A DNA stretch of 41,972 nucleotides from Conidiobolus incongruus B7586 (taxonomy: Eukaryota), in the NCBI GenBank assembly GCA_000697335.1, contig JNEM01013962.1, forward strand, positions 1 through 41,972, in the 5' to 3' direction. Within the stretch, counting starts at the first letter, position 1. Every line of letters starts with the position of its first letter. Made by a program: the position numbers and the translations under genes. Shown one piece after another: positions 40,216-41,972 of the stretch. A model generated the notes under the pieces. That model saw only the letters and a program-made list of their open reading frames with translations. It ran no database searches and was not told the DNA's origin.

Positions 40216-40757
40216 TATTAAAATTTTTTTTACTTTTATCATATTAGATTTGAAATATTTTTATTGAGACTGATAAACTTATAAAAACAAAAAATCATTA
40301 AAGATTGAAAATTGAAACATAAGTTTATACTTGGCATCTTTTAGAATATTTATTATTATTATTTCTAAATAATTCTTTGGTTACTATAATAATAAAATAT
40401 TTTGAATTAAAATTTTTCAATTAAATAATAATAATTAGATTGTTTAGATTTGATTGCATATTTAAAAAATTTTAATCAAATTAGAAAAATTCCTGGTCAC
40501 AAAATTTTGAAACATAATATATTCTAATCAATTTAAAAATATTGTAAAATATTAAATTCAAAAATATTTTGAAACTTAACATTATTCACATTAAAAATAT
40601 AATCTATATTCAAGATCAATGGCTATATAAAGCTATATAAGAGAATATATATATAATAAATTTCAATATTTTTAATATAATTGCTATAATTATTTAAAAT
40701 AATAAAAGGATGACAAAATAAATAACAAATTATGCAATAAACTCAATAAGTTTCAAA

Positions 40758-41164
40758 TGTTGGGAACCTAACCTTGCCTTTAATATAGACATCATTCTTA
40801 TGCATCTTTTCTAGGCCTTGATCAACATAAATGTGGGCTTTTACTATTTCCAGATTATTCAAATTTGCCCGATTATATATACTATTAAGATCAACTCAAA
40901 CCATTCTTTATTTCGTTTGCACTTAATCCTCAATTACTTCTAACTTTTTGATTTTTCCTATCACTTATCTAGACTAAAAACTGCTTATTACAATTTTGCA
41001 ATCTTCTGATAAATTTAGACATTTCTTGAGTTACTGGAAGTTAGTCAAATCTATTTATCATTTACAGATATATTCGCACTCCTAGATTCCAATATTGGTT
41101 TATTCCTATTATTGAGACTATTGTCTCCTTATTCTCTAAGCAAAATTTTCATTATTTTTCAATA
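40758..41164. mobile_element. Possible solo LTR (unassigned family)
   Basis: ~400-bp GC-richer island beginning TGTTGGGAA and ending TTTTCAATA (imperfect inverted termini). No TSD or second copy found. Confidence 0.3.
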
Positions 41165-41972
41165 TATTTATTAATTATAATATCACATTATTTTTACATG
41201 TTTTTTTCAATATTGAAATAATATATTTTCTATTATTATTAAAAAATTCAGTTATATTTTGACTCTTCAAATCAAATTACAGTAATATAAAATTAATTTA
41301 CTAAATAATATAAACTTATAATAATTTAAAGCTATTATATTGATAAAATAATAATATTAAATTCATTAGTTCAATGATTTAATGATATTTAGTTTCCTGA
41401 TAATTTTCTTATTTCATTGAATATTAATCAAAATAAATTCAATAGTATTTTCTCAAATATAACTCTAATAATTTTTTCTAAATAAATATTTCATTATCAT
41501 AAAATATTAATTAATAATTTAATTTTTTATATGAAATTATTTTTAAGAAACAATATTTATATTTGAATTTATTTAAAATTGATTCAATTTTATAAAATAT
41601 ATTAAATATGAATTTATAAAATCTTATATATACTTTTATTTATATATTAGAATTTATCCTTTTAAATCATCTATTTTTTTTAATTCATTTCAAAAAATAT
41701 TAAAAATTTAATAAATAAAGATATGTTTTCTTAAATCAATATTTTATTATTTTTTGGTTATTATTAATGACTATTATTTTCAAGATTCAGAATATTTTGT
41801 GATAATTAAATATAAATTACTAGACTTTATTAAGTCTCTATTTTAAATAAATTAATTAATATATTTGAAATCTTATACACTAACTTATAAAAATAAGTTA
41901 TATAATCAAAAATACTTATATTTTTATTAATAACTTTATTAATATTTAATGAAATAAATCCAAATTAAATAA

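Overview
Very AT-rich eukaryotic DNA with short (~50 bp) GT-AG introns, most consistent with a fungus. An early-diverging (Zoopagomycota/Entomophthorales-like) origin is only an inference. Genes: one 3-exon Erv2-type sulfhydryl oxidase, a decayed tRNA-Ser(AGA), and a tandem array of five co-oriented (minus strand) cytochrome P450 paralogs. Three P450s are intact 9-exon genes (4415-6302, 22663-24555, 33009-34905) and two are pseudogenes (~9.1-11.3 kb, ~37.9-39.7 kb). The spacers are filled with decayed transposons: at least seven DD34D mariner copies from several subfamilies, one full-length chromodomain-bearing Ty3/Gypsy element (13782-19473), and solo LTRs of three or more families, several nested. 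Main signals: (1) RIP-like C>T/G>A hypermutation that has erased the transposons but spared near-identical P450 duplicates; (2) gene-conversion-like homogenisation between two P450s that skips substrate-recognition sites; (3) an LTR-internal segment complementary to the element's PBS, a possible self-priming signal; (4) a chimeric mariner whose formation appears to have deleted the 5' end of a P450. All alignments were done by eye, and boundaries of decayed elements are approximate.
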